Assembly (NCBI RefSeq): GCF_006345805.1
Contig: NW_021833210.1
Coordinates: 1 to 31,973 of the forward strand
Length of the DNA stretch: 31,973 nt
Source: Octopus sinensis
Lineage: Eukaryota
Reading direction: 5' to 3'
The first letter of the stretch is position 1. Every line of letters begins with the position of its first letter. Below the pieces are notes generated by a model. The model was not told the origin of the DNA. It saw only the letters and a program-made list of their open reading frames with translations, and did no database searches. Shown in pieces: positions 21,061-31,973 of this stretch. A program made the position numbers and the translations under genes.

Positions 21061-22060
21061 AGTCGATCAGTTTGTCTACCTGGGAAGCACTATTAATAGA
21101 TATGGCAATGTGGATGATGAAATTCCATATAGAATTAGGAAAGCAAGTGTTGCTTTCGGAAGGCTAGAAAAGCGCCTCTGGAGTCGGCGAGATATATGCA
21201 GAAAGACAAAGATAAAGGCGTACAAGGCATGTGTGCTCCCTTTTATTCTCTATGCCTGCGAGAGGTGGGTCGCATATCGATACCACCTTAAACAGCTGGA
21301 CCGTTTCCATCAGATGTGCCTCAGATGGATCTATGGCATTAAGTGGAATGACCGCATCAGTGATCTTGAAATACTCGAAGGCTCTCGGTGTGAAAGTATA
21401 GAAGATCTCGTGTTAAAGCAAAGGCTCAGATGGATTAGCTAAAGGAGAACGACCTCCACATTAACCAAAAAAGAGATATAAGGACTTGCTGAAGGCTTAC
21501 TTAAGAGATGCTTGCATCTCTCCTGACACATGGGAAGGCATTGATCGTAGCAGGTGGAGAAGGATTGTGCCTGAGGGGACAGCCACTTTTGAGAAATCTC
21601 GAGTTGCACATGAGAAAGTAAGGAGATATGTCAGGAAAGGCATCGCTGTTACACTTCCAGAAGGGAAGGGTCTTCCTTTGATTCTGACATGCAATATTTG
21701 TGCAAGACCCTGCCTCAGTAAAGCTGGACTCATGAGTCATCTTCGTAGTCATAAAACGAGACAGATGAGTGACAACCTGGCCACTGGTGGTGGTGTAACA
21801 AACCATACTAATCATATCTGTCGGGCATGTGGAAGAGAGTGTAATTCAGCAGGAGGACTTAAACGACATGCAAAGGTACATGAAGCCCAGTTACAACTAC
21901 AGCCGACTATTACCAGAAAAGGTTATAGCTGCCAATTCTGTACAAGACATTGTAGATCTTTGGCTGGGCTGAAAAGTCACATTCGATCACAGAACCAGTA
22001 ACAGTTAGGCTTCGTGCTATGGCCATACTCGATAAAAAGGGGGCTGCCATAAAAAAGGGG
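21061..22060 (+). mobile_element. RTE-clade LINE 3' part with three C-terminal C2H2-like zinc fingers, internally deleted
   Basis: FVYLGSTI..DDEIPYRIRKASVAFGRL..TKIKAYKACVLP..LYACE.W..LDRFHQMCLR..RLRW; CNIC..GLMSHLRSH, CRAC..GLKRHAKVH, CQFC..GLKSHIR; tail ggccatactcgat. Confidence 0.9.
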
Positions 22061-22069
22061 GCTGCATTT

Positions 22070-22889
22070 ATATATGTAAGTATGTGTGTATGTATGTGTG
22101 TATATGTAGAAATGCATGTGTGTATGTATATATGTATAGATGCATACTTGCATGTAGGTACCTATGTATGTATGCATGCTCGTATCTATGCATCTATGAG
22201 CAAATGTATGTGTGTATGTATACATGTATGTACATATATATGTGTGTACGTATGGATGTATATATGCATGACTGTGTTTATGCATGTATGTTTAAATGTA
22301 TGTATCTATGTATCTGCGTACGTATGTCTGTGTGTATGTATTTATGTATGTATGCATGCGTGTATATACATATGTGTGTGTGTTTATGAATGTATGTGCG
22401 TATGTATGTATATATGTATGTGCGTATGTACGTATGTATGTAGCAAGCGTATATGTATGTACGTATATACGTCCGTATATATGTATGTGTGTACATATGT
22501 GTGCATGTATGTGTGTATGTAAGATTGTATGTTTTTGTGTATATGTATGTGTGTGTATGTATATGTGTATGTATTTGTGCATATGTGTATGTGTGCATAT
22601 ATGTATGTATATATATGTGTATATATACATGTATTTGTGTATGTATGAGTGTATGCATCTATATGTGTATGTGTATGTACGTATGTATGCATGTGTATAT
22701 GTATGTGTGTATATATGTTTGTATGTATATGTGTATGTATATGGGTATGTGTGTACGTACTTATGTATGTATGTATGTATGTGTGTATGTATGTTTGTAA
22801 GTATGTATGTACGTACGAGAGTGTGTCAAAAAGTATTGCCATTTTGTTTAGGAAAGGTATAATTACCAACACAGGAACATGTATGTATG

Positions 22890-22923
<34 letters not shown>

Positions 22924-23461
22924 TGTATGTATGTATATAGGAATGTATGTATGTAAATATGTTTGCATGTAACTATTTATGTATGTATGCATGTATGCAT
23001 AATTGAATGTATATATGAATGTATGTATGTATAAATGTATTTATGGATGTAAGAATGTATGCATGTATAAATTTATGTACCTACAGACATACATAGGTAC
23101 ATACGTACATATACATGTACATAAAACATACATACACACATACATATATATACACATATATATATATATGTACACATATATATATACGTACACGCATAGG
23201 TATATATATACACATACGTGCATATATAAGTACATTCACACGTACATACATACACACATGTATGTATGTGTGTATGTATGAAATGTGTGTGTGTATGTGT
23301 GTATGTTTGTATGTGTGTATGTATGTCTCTATGTATGTATGTGAGTATGTGTGTATGTATGTATGTATATATGATTTTATATATGTATGCATGTATGTAT
23401 GTAAGTATGTTTGTATGTATGTATGTATGAGTGTTTATGTGTGTATGTGTGTATGTGTGTA
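22070..23461. repeat. Degenerate (TATG)/(TG)/(TA) alternating purine-pyrimidine sea (continues 24575-25910, 26180-26720, 28070-28885, 30599-30710)
   Basis: Source of all M/Y/V/C and H/T/Y/I ORFs. Confidence 0.95.
22816..22883. mobile_element. mariner terminal fragment (TIR end)
   Basis: TA|CGAGAGTGTGTCAAAAAGTATTGCC..aggaaaggt..accaacacaggaacatgtat matches 30712-30780. Confidence 0.7.
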
Positions 23462-24100
23462 TTTGAAAAATCGATTTGCGAGTTAAAGAACATTTGAAAT
23501 GGAGTCCAGCAGATTGGACGAATGTGTTGTGGTCGGACGAATCAAAGTCCATCTTGTTCGGTAGTGATGGCAGGAAGTATTAAGAAGGCGTATAGGCGAA
23601 GAATTCCATGTAAAATGCGTTCAACCTTCAATTAGGCACTCTGGCGGAAGTGTGATGATGTAAGGGTGTATGTCTGGAAAAGACGTCAGTTCTATAATCC
23701 AAATGGATAGTAAGTCCTATCTAGAAATATTGAATAATAATATGCTTCCATACGCCCGAAAGCATTTGGACTTTCCAGCATGACAACCACCCGAATGTCA
23801 CCTCGTACCTAGTCAGAAATTACATTATACGTAAGAGATTTCGGTTGATATAGTGACTAACGCCGTCGCCCGAGCTGAAACCCATGGAAAATCCTTGAGA
23901 ATGGTTGGGTAGAGCTTTGAAAAGTATTAAGACAAAAAGAAGGAGAATTTAAAAAAAAACATTTTTAGCCGAAAGTGGGAAAAATCTGCGCAACAGTGAT
24001 AAATGATCTGAACATTTGTATGTTTCGCAGATGCAAAGCTGTATTAAGTAATTTTGGGTTCCCAAAATACTGACTCTGTGATTTTATTGCTTTTTAGGGA
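23462..24100 (+). mobile_element. Degenerate Tc1 (DD34E-type) transposase fragment
   Basis: W..VLWSDES (23530), RHSGGSVMM*GC, YLEIL, FQHDN (23773), SPELKPMEN, RRCKAV..FP.KY. Confidence 0.85.
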
Positions 24101-25914
24101 TTTCAGAATGAAGTTTAAGAGCAAAAAACATCAAAATATGAAATGTTACACGTTGTCCTTAAGTTAAATGGTACTCTAAATTATGATAATTAAGATTTCT
24201 TTTTAATCTAAAATTAACATATTGATGTTACGCTGTAAAGCTGTATACCCTATTAAAGCTCGTAAGAGTTTCTTTATTTAGATATACAAATTAATTCACA
24301 AGTTACAAGTTGAATATATATATATATATATATATAAATGAAATTTGAACATTAGTAACTTAGGGTTCTTAAGTTCGATGACGCCACTGCAATTGTTTGG
24401 AAAATGTGGATTTAGTGTCAAAAAGGAAAGAAGGATGTAAAAAGAGAACAAAGGGACACTGTTCTTCAGCTGTATATAGATGAGAGATTACTAATCAAGA
24501 CAGAGCAACGAAGAACACTTTAGTTGTGGAGTGGTTAATTAGCGAAGGCGTAGAGATTCTCAAACACATTTGTGCATGTGTGTGTGTACTTATGTGTGTA
24601 TATATGTATATGCGTGAGTATGAATGTATGTATGTGTGCAGCATGAATTTGTGTACGTAAATGTGTATGTATGTGTGTGTGTATGCATGTATGTATGTGT
24701 ATGCATGTAAGTGTGTGTATGTGTATTAAGTAAGTGTGTATGTGTGTATTTTTGAGTGTTCTTATATATATGTGTGTGTATGTATCTGTGTAATTATGTA
24801 TGTGCGTATGTGTATAAATGTGCGTATTTATTGTATGTGTATGTAAGTATATGTGTATGTATATATGTGTACATGCGTGTATGTGTGCTGCATGTATGCT
24901 ATGTGTGTAAGTTCACAAGTTTGTCTGTCTGCATACATGTGTACGCATAAATACATACACACACACATACATATATACACACATACACATGTATATATAC
25001 ATATAAATATATTCATACATACATGCTTAAATATCTACAAAGATACAAAAACGCATACATACATCCACACACACATATATACGAATGTGGATATGTATGT
25101 ATATATTTTTTTATATATGAATGTATGCGCGTATGTTTGTGTGTATGTGCGTGTGTATGTGTGTTTGTACGTATGTGATTAAGTATGGAAATATGTATGT
25201 GTGTGTATGTGTGTATGTATGTATTTACGTATGTGTATTTGTATGTCTGTATGAATGTATGTGTGTGTATGTGCGAATGTGGGTGTATGTAAGTATGTGT
25301 GTACGTATGTGACTACATATGTGTGTATGTATGCATGTATGTTGGTATAGATGTAAGTGCTTATATATGTATGTGAGTATGTACGGATGTGTATATGTCT
25401 GCGGGCATATGTGTATGTATAATATGTGTGCATGTATATATGTATGTAGTGTGTATGCAATGTATTATATGTGCATGTATATGTGTTATATATGTGTCTA
25501 TGTGTGTTCATGTATATGTATGTGTGCAAGCATGTGTGTATGTATGCATGTATATATGTGCGTATGTTTTTGTGTGTGTGTTTTTAAATAGCTATGCATG
25601 TATGTATGTGCTTATTTCGTATGCATGTTTGTGCGTATGAGTGTATGCGTATATTAGTGTATGTATGCATGTTATATGTGTGTGTGTATGTATATACCTA
25701 TATATGGGTGTGTATGAATATATATGTGCATGTATGTATGAATATGTGTATGTATGTCTTCATGTATATATGTATGTATGTGTGTATAATGTGTGCATGT
25801 GTATATGTATGTATGTGTGTATGTATGTGTGCATGTATATTTGTATGTATGTGTGTATGCATGTATTTATATAAGCATGTGTATGTGTATATATGTGTCT
25901 GTGTGTGTATTTGT

Positions 25915-26180
25915 TGTGCCTTTGTTAGGGCATCCTTCTAGGAGAAGGTAACTCAGGTAACTGGGATAAGTCCGACATAAAACCTGCGGCTCAGTGGTTA
26001 CCGATGATGTTCACTTGTTCTTCTTTTCGGATTATGGCTGCTGTTGCTTAGTGAGTGGGATTGACTAAGTGCACAGCCTTTCCTTACTTTAAAAAGACGT
26101 CTTGCACAGGCATTGCACGATAACAACATTGATTAAGCTTTTGCGCAATGGCCATACTCGATAACGAGGGGGCAGCCACC
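25915..26180 (+). mobile_element. Short RTE-tailed non-autonomous element
   Basis: ctaggagaaggtaactc (RTE 5'-UTR-like) and tail atggccatactcgat..ggggcagccacca shared with 22018-22050. Confidence 0.55.
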
Positions 26181-26512
26181 ATGTATGTATGTGCGTATGC
26201 TTGTGGGTATGTATGAATGTTTGTATATACATGCACACATGCATAGATACACGCATACATTTATACATACGTACACATACATATGTACGTAAACAAATAC
26301 ACACATACGCACATGTATATATGTATGTATGTGTGTATGTATGCACGTATGTATGTATGCATGTGTGTATATATATGTATGTATACATGAATGAAGGTGT
26401 GAATGTGTATGAATGTGTATATATGTGTGCATGAATTTGTGCATGTATGGAGGTATGCTTGCATGTATGTATGCATTCATCTATGTCTGTATGAATCTAT
26501 GACTGTATCTAT

Positions 26513-26565
<53 letters not shown>

Positions 26566-26721
26566 TGTATGTATCTACGTATGTGTACGTGTAACTGTTT
26601 AAGTATGTATTCTTGTATGTATGAATGTATGTGGGTATGTGTATTTGAATAAATGTATGTACGTATGTATGTATGTATGTATGTATCTGTTTGTTGTATG
26701 TATGTATGTATGTGAGTATCT

Positions 26722-26790
26722 GTACAAAGCTGTAAGAAGCAATTCTGAATGCCCAAAATACTGACCGTGCGATTTTATTGCTTTTTGTTG
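26722..26790 (+). mobile_element. Second fragment of the Tc1 3' end
   Basis: caaagctgta..cccaaaatactgac..gattttattgcttttt matches 24034-24095. Confidence 0.65.
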
Positions 26791-26824
26791 ATCAGATATG
26801 CTTTGACAGTGGAGATGTGTGTGT

Positions 26825-28070
26825 GCAGTAGGTGTTCGACATAAACCCACCGGTCAGCAATACTCGGGCACTGGACTAGGGCGTGCAGAACAGTTTCACC
26901 TTTCTGGGCGCACCTCACGTGGGCCCGGCTGACGGCATTTCCGTGCCTATAAATTTTATCCCAAACAGTCAGCGCCCCTCGGTAGCACTGTCAGGCAAGG
27001 GATTTCTTGAAGTTATCCATAGGCTCAGGCTCGAAAGTGCTGCGAAACAGATCGGTTAGTTGATCTTCATCGACACCCAAAGTTTCCCTGAGGACGTCGT
27101 CGCACTTTCCCTTCACTAGCACTCTTTAGAACTTTAGAGTGGAAGTATTACCGACCGTATTGCCCGCCTGGTGGAGGACTGTGAGTGCTTGACGGCACTC
27201 AAGGTGCCAAGCGCCTTCTTCGGACTACGCCCAGTCCAGGATTGCCGCTCAGTCAAAAAGACGAGCTGTGGAAAAGTGCCTCTTACAAACGGTGATCACA
27301 CCTGCTCACCGTCAAGGAAAGGCTGGAGATGACGCAACCTCAGCGCACGTCTGCGCATCAGTAACCAGGGCATGCCCACTCCTCCACTCAGCAGCTATTG
27401 ACAACAGATAGAGCGCCTGACCAGTGGAATGCGCATCTGCCACAGAAAACGGAAGAGTAAGCGCACAAGCTTGGTCAACCAGGAAACGGGACAAGGGACG
27501 ACAGTGAAGCGGTAGGAGATGATGGGTGTCATGTACGCGTTCGTCACCTCCGCCCAATCTTTCAGGTACAGCTTCCTCTTGGTCTATTTCTGGGTGAGAT
27601 TGGCTACCCTTCTCGTCACTTCTTCGTCCCAGTTCTTCTCCACTTGGATGTGCGGACCAAACAGACTCCGAGCAACTTGTTGGGACCGTCTGTCCAGCGC
27701 AGCATGACGCTGTTGGACCGCATGGCCTTGCCTCTTCATGTGCCGAGCTGCAAGTCCACTGACTTTTCCGGTTTCATTTTTGCTGTTGTTTTCGCTTCAT
27801 ATTCCTGTAGTATTTCGACTGTCAGGTCTATATGCCTGTGGCTCGACACTATGACGGTGACATCATCAGCGTAAGCAGATACATTTCTCTCAGATACTAG
27901 ATCACGCGAGACACCCATCAACGCCCCCAGCTTCCGCAGTAAATGGTTCAATAGTCAGTACATACAGAAGGGAGGAGATAGAGATAGATAGAGAGAGAGA
28001 GAGAAGGAGAGAGAGAGAGCACCCTTGAGGGACGGAACGCACGATGCGGAATGGCTCAGACAGGATTGTA
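26825..28070 (-). mobile_element. Tx1/L1-clade LINE fragment
   Basis: PFRIVRSVPQGC[microsatellite]PLLYVLTIEP, SAYADDVTV, FRFLW, GGVGMP, C-terminal ETVLHALVQCP. Confidence 0.85.
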
Positions 28071-28119
28071 ATGTATGCATGCATGTATATGTATGTGTGT
28101 ATGTATATATATATATGCT

Positions 28120-28158
<39 letters not shown>

Positions 28159-28885
28159 GCGTATATATGTTGTGTGTTTCTACGCGTGTACGTACGTACG
28201 TATGCATGCATGTATGTGCGTGTACTGATGTATGTAGTTATGTAAGTATGTACGTGTGTATATGTACATATTCCATGCGCGTATGTATATAGGTATAGTT
28301 GCATACTTGCATGTAGGTGCCTATGTATGTATGCACGTATATGCATCTACGACGTACTATGTATGTGTGTATGTATGTAAGTGCACGTATGTACATGAAT
28401 ATGTGTGTACGTATGTATGTATATATACATGATTGTGTTTATGCATGCATGTTTATACGTATGGTTTTATGTACGTGTCTATGTAGGTGCGTACGTATGT
28501 CTGTGTATATATTTTATGTATTTATGCATGTGTGTATGTACTTATGTGTGTATATATGTATATGAGTGTGTATGAATGTATGTATGTGTGCAGCATGAAT
28601 ATGTGTACGTAAGTGTGTATGTATGTGTGTGTATGCATGTATGTATGTATGTATGAATGTAGTATGAATGCAAGCTTATATGTATGTACGTATATATGTT
28701 CGTATACATGTGTGTACATATGTGTGTGTGTATGTGTATATGTACGCATGCACGTTTGCATGTATATGTATGTCTGTGTGTATGTATATGTGTATGTATA
28801 TGTGCATATACGTGTGTGTACATATATGTACGTATATGTACATGTATTTGTGTTTGTATGAGTGTATGTATGTATATGTGTGTAT

Positions 28886-30598
28886 GTTAGTTAGTTAGTT
28901 AGTTAGTTAATTTGGCTCAAAAGCAAATAGCAAGGCCATGTAGGGGGACATGGAGTTATGTTCAGGGTGGTGTTCATGTAAAGAGTTCAGGCCACTTGAA
29001 GTCAAGGTAGGCTTTGAACAAAGCGGTCGTCGGCATCTTCACCATCTCGTCTGGCAGCTTGTTCCACGGATCCGCAACCCGGACGGAGAAAGCTCCTCTT
29101 CTTCGATTGAGATGAAATCGTCGCAGGTAGAGCTTTTCGGAATGACCCCGCAGCCGACGCTCTGGAGCAGGAGTGAAGAACTGCTCTTTCGAGAGGTTAC
29201 ACTTTCCGCTAATGATGTTGTGGGCGAGAATGAGATCACCACGGCGGCGGCGTTTTTCTAGAGAATAAAGGTCGAGCGTCTTCAGCCTTTCTTCGTAGGA
29301 CAAATTTTGGAGACCATCAATCATGTGGGTAGCCAGCCTCTGGACTCCTTCGAGATGCTGAATGTCTTTGAAGAGATAAGGAGAAGAGGCTTGAATCCCG
29401 TACTCCAATATGGGTCTCACCAGCGGAACATAGAGTGGTAGGAATATGGCTGCTGTGAGCATTCCGAATGACCGTCGAATCAAGAACAGAATTCCGCGTG
29501 CTTTGTTGGCAGCATGGACGCACTGGGCCGAAGGCGAAATGGAGGAATCCACCAAGATACCCAGGTCCTTTACCTGATCGGTCCTCTCCAGAAGCAGACG
29601 GCCCAGCTCGAAATCAAGTTGAGTTGCAGGAGGAGAGCCAACAGGCAGATGACAGCACTTTGACACGTTCAGACACAGGTCCCATTCGTTAGACCACCTC
29701 CAAATTTGGTGGAGGCATCCTCTATATCACCGCGAGGAGCGACCAATTTGACATCGTCGGCTAATAGAAGGGTGTGTTGCGTGAGGTCGTCGGGCAAGTC
29801 ATTTATGAAGACTAAGAACAATAAGGGTCCAAACACTGAACCTTCAGGCACGCCACAGCTCGCACTGGAGACGTCGGACCGCGAACCATTAACTTCGACT
29901 TGGAAGGAGCGATCTGAGAGGAAGGCACCAACCCATCGTACAATATCCGGATGGAAACTATATGCTTGAAGCTTGACAAGTAATAGGCGGTGGTTTACCG
30001 AGTCAAAAGCTTTGGCAAAGTCCAATAAAACGATGTCAACAGCATCACTATCATCGAGGATGCGCGTCACCAATTCTTCCATTACCAGTAAGTTGGTCAA
30101 GCATGATCTCTTCGGCACGAAGCCGTATTGGGAATCAGAGATAGAGGCTGCGTTTTGGAGGTGGAGCATCATACTTTTCTTAAGGATGGTTTCGAACATC
30201 TTGCTGATTATTGATGTAAGGGAAACCGGTCGGTAGTTAAGCGGGCCTTCGCGGCTCCCTTTCTTCGAAATTGGGCAGATTATCGCTGTTCTCCAGTCCG
30301 CAGGTATAACACCCGTCGCCAATGACATATTGAATAGACGTGTTAAGGGCTCGCAGATGACCGGAGCCAACGCTTTGATAACCTGTGTTTTTATGCCGTC
30401 AGGCCTTGACCCTTGTTGACATCGAGGCCTTGAATAACACGTTTGACTTCGTCCCGCGTGATGACAAATCGGAGCATTGGAGGTACCGATCTATCAAATG
30501 GAGGGGGTTCACGACCATCATCTTGTTTGAAAATAGTTGAAAAAGCCTCGGCAAAGAATTGACACTGTTGATAAGGGTCCTCAATCGATACGCCTTTT
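28886..30598 (-). mobile_element. CR1-group LINE, 5'-truncated, with (TAAC)n tail
   Basis: NYRPVSLTS, QYGFVPKRSCLTNLL, LDFAKAFDSV, GVPEGSVFGPLLF, LADDVKL, KDLG, YSLEKRRRRGDLI, LRGH, RVADPWNKLP; tail 28886-28909. Confidence 0.93.
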
Positions 30599-30711
30599 GA
30601 GTATGTATGTACGTATGTATGAATGTGTTTATGCATGTGTGTATATATGTTTGTATGTATATATGTATATATGAGGGTATGTGTGTACGTACTTATGTAT
30701 GTGTGTACGTA

Positions 30712-31206
30712 CGAGTGTGCGTCGAAAACTAATGTCATTTTGTTTAGGAAAGGTAGAATTACCAACACAGGAACATGTATCATACATCAAAATGAATCTT
30801 GGCCCCAGTGGATCACATCCCTACTCTTTAATATAGTTACCGTTTCTCTCAAAAGCAATGTTTCTTCTTCGAATGAGAGCATGTATTCCTGCCCTGTAAA
30901 ATTCTGTTGAATGTTCTTTGAGCCACATCTTCACCACAGTTCTTACTTCTTCGTCACTGGTATAATGTTTGTCTCTCAAACCCTCTTTTGTTGCGCCGAA
31001 GGGATTATAGTCTGAAGTGCAAAATCTGGTGAGTGTGGAGGTAATGAAGAAATGGCTCAAAGAACACTCAACGGAATTTCACTGGCGGGGATACATGCAG
31101 TCATTCGAAGGTAGACCATTGCTTTTGAGAGAAACAGCAGCTATTTTGTGGATAAGGGATGTGATCCACTGAGGACCAGCTTCATTTTGATGTATGATAC
31201 ATGTTC
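30712..31206. mobile_element. mariner remnant made of two 3' ends in inverted orientation
   Basis: TA|CGAG TIR; minus strand PHSPDFA.SDY..EEVRTVVKMWL..FYRAGIHALIRR..NGNYIKE*; plus-strand copy 31039-31206. Confidence 0.8.
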
Positions 31207-31519
31207 ATGGACGGCCGTCATCTCTCTCTGTCTGTCTGTCTGTCTGTATGTATGTATGCATGTCTCCTTTGAGTGCTACTGGGAACATGTAACCCAGTAC
31301 ATCCTGCTTCATGATCGGGTCGTCGGCGACTAAACCGGCAACCCCACCAGGCTTGCTTGGTGATGAGAGTGTTGTTGGACACTCTGCTGGATGCAACATA
31401 AGACTCGTGAAACGGCGCATGTAGTCCTGAACTGTCAATTTCTTTATTAACCATATAAGGTAAAGAAAATGGGGTGATGATGCAAGGAGAGACAAAACAA
31501 ATATTGGGGTGAAGGGATC

Positions 31520-31762
31520 GAATGATCACCTGACGAACTTATGAAGATTGCAAATCCAACGGCGGCCTCAAGCGACATTTTAAGACCTACAAACTGCAGA
31601 ATTTATCTGCAGGTCTTGGTTGCCCAAATTGGAGGATCAATCTATGTGGGTGTCTTTTCAGAATATTCTTTCTTTTGAAAAGTCACATCAGGCACCATAA
31701 TGGTGCTAAGGTGTCGGTAAGGAGTTGTTCAAACTTTGTATAAGGAGTAGGCAACCACCATG
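31520..31762 (+). mobile_element. Degenerate 3' end of the multi-zinc-finger RTE family
   Basis: CKSNGGLKRHFKT and LKSHIRH remnants; tail ggcaaccaccatgtatg. Confidence 0.55.
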
Positions 31763-31850
31763 TATGTATGTATGTATGTATGTATGTATGTATGTATGTA
31801 TGTATGTATGTATGTATGTATGTATATATGAATGTATGTATGTATTTATT
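31762..31850. repeat. (TATG)n microsatellite
   Basis: Direct inspection. Confidence 0.95.
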
Positions 31851-31973
31851 TATTTATGCATGTATGCATAATTGAATGTATATATGAATGTATGTATGTA
31901 TGAATGTATTTATGGATGTAAGAATGTGTGCATGTATGAATCTATGTACCTACAGACATACATAAGTGCATAC

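Noticed and set aside
22070-28885. Dozens of ORFs rich in M/Y/V/C or H/T/Y/I (also poly-I/L/Y/S ORFs at 557-925 and 3661-4331)
   Set aside because: Translations of microsatellites; no domain content
31340-31430. Hammerhead-like GTGATGA...GAAAC...GTC
   Set aside because: First core base is G not C, extra bases before GAAA, and no convincing stem I

Overview
Eukaryotic, AT-rich, microsatellite-saturated DNA with no intact host gene. The tRNA-headed CORE-type SINE and the repeat mix suggest a cephalopod (Octopus-like) genome; this is an inference. Nearly everything is transposon debris: two Dong/R4-type REL LINEs and a non-coding element nested in (TAA)n, two CR1-group LINEs, RTE and Tx1/L1 fragments, SINEs, a non-autonomous Helitron, MITEs, and Tc1, mariner and pogo remnants. 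There is also a ~3-kb tandem duplication. Most ORF-track entries are microsatellite artefacts. Top finding: a 4.5-copy ~580-bp tandem array (18419-21026) in which each full unit carries a minus-strand minimal type I hammerhead ribozyme (CUGAUGA...GAAAC-GUAC-GUC, palindromic stem III). The array ends 12 nt from a predicted cleavage site and shares its terminus with short fold-back inserts in (TA)n elsewhere in the window, i.e. a candidate retrozyme / Penelope-like pLTR system. Second finding: a long-TIR element (7964-8439) that has captured the decayed 5' coding end of a membrane-anchored SDR (retinol dehydrogenase-like) gene.
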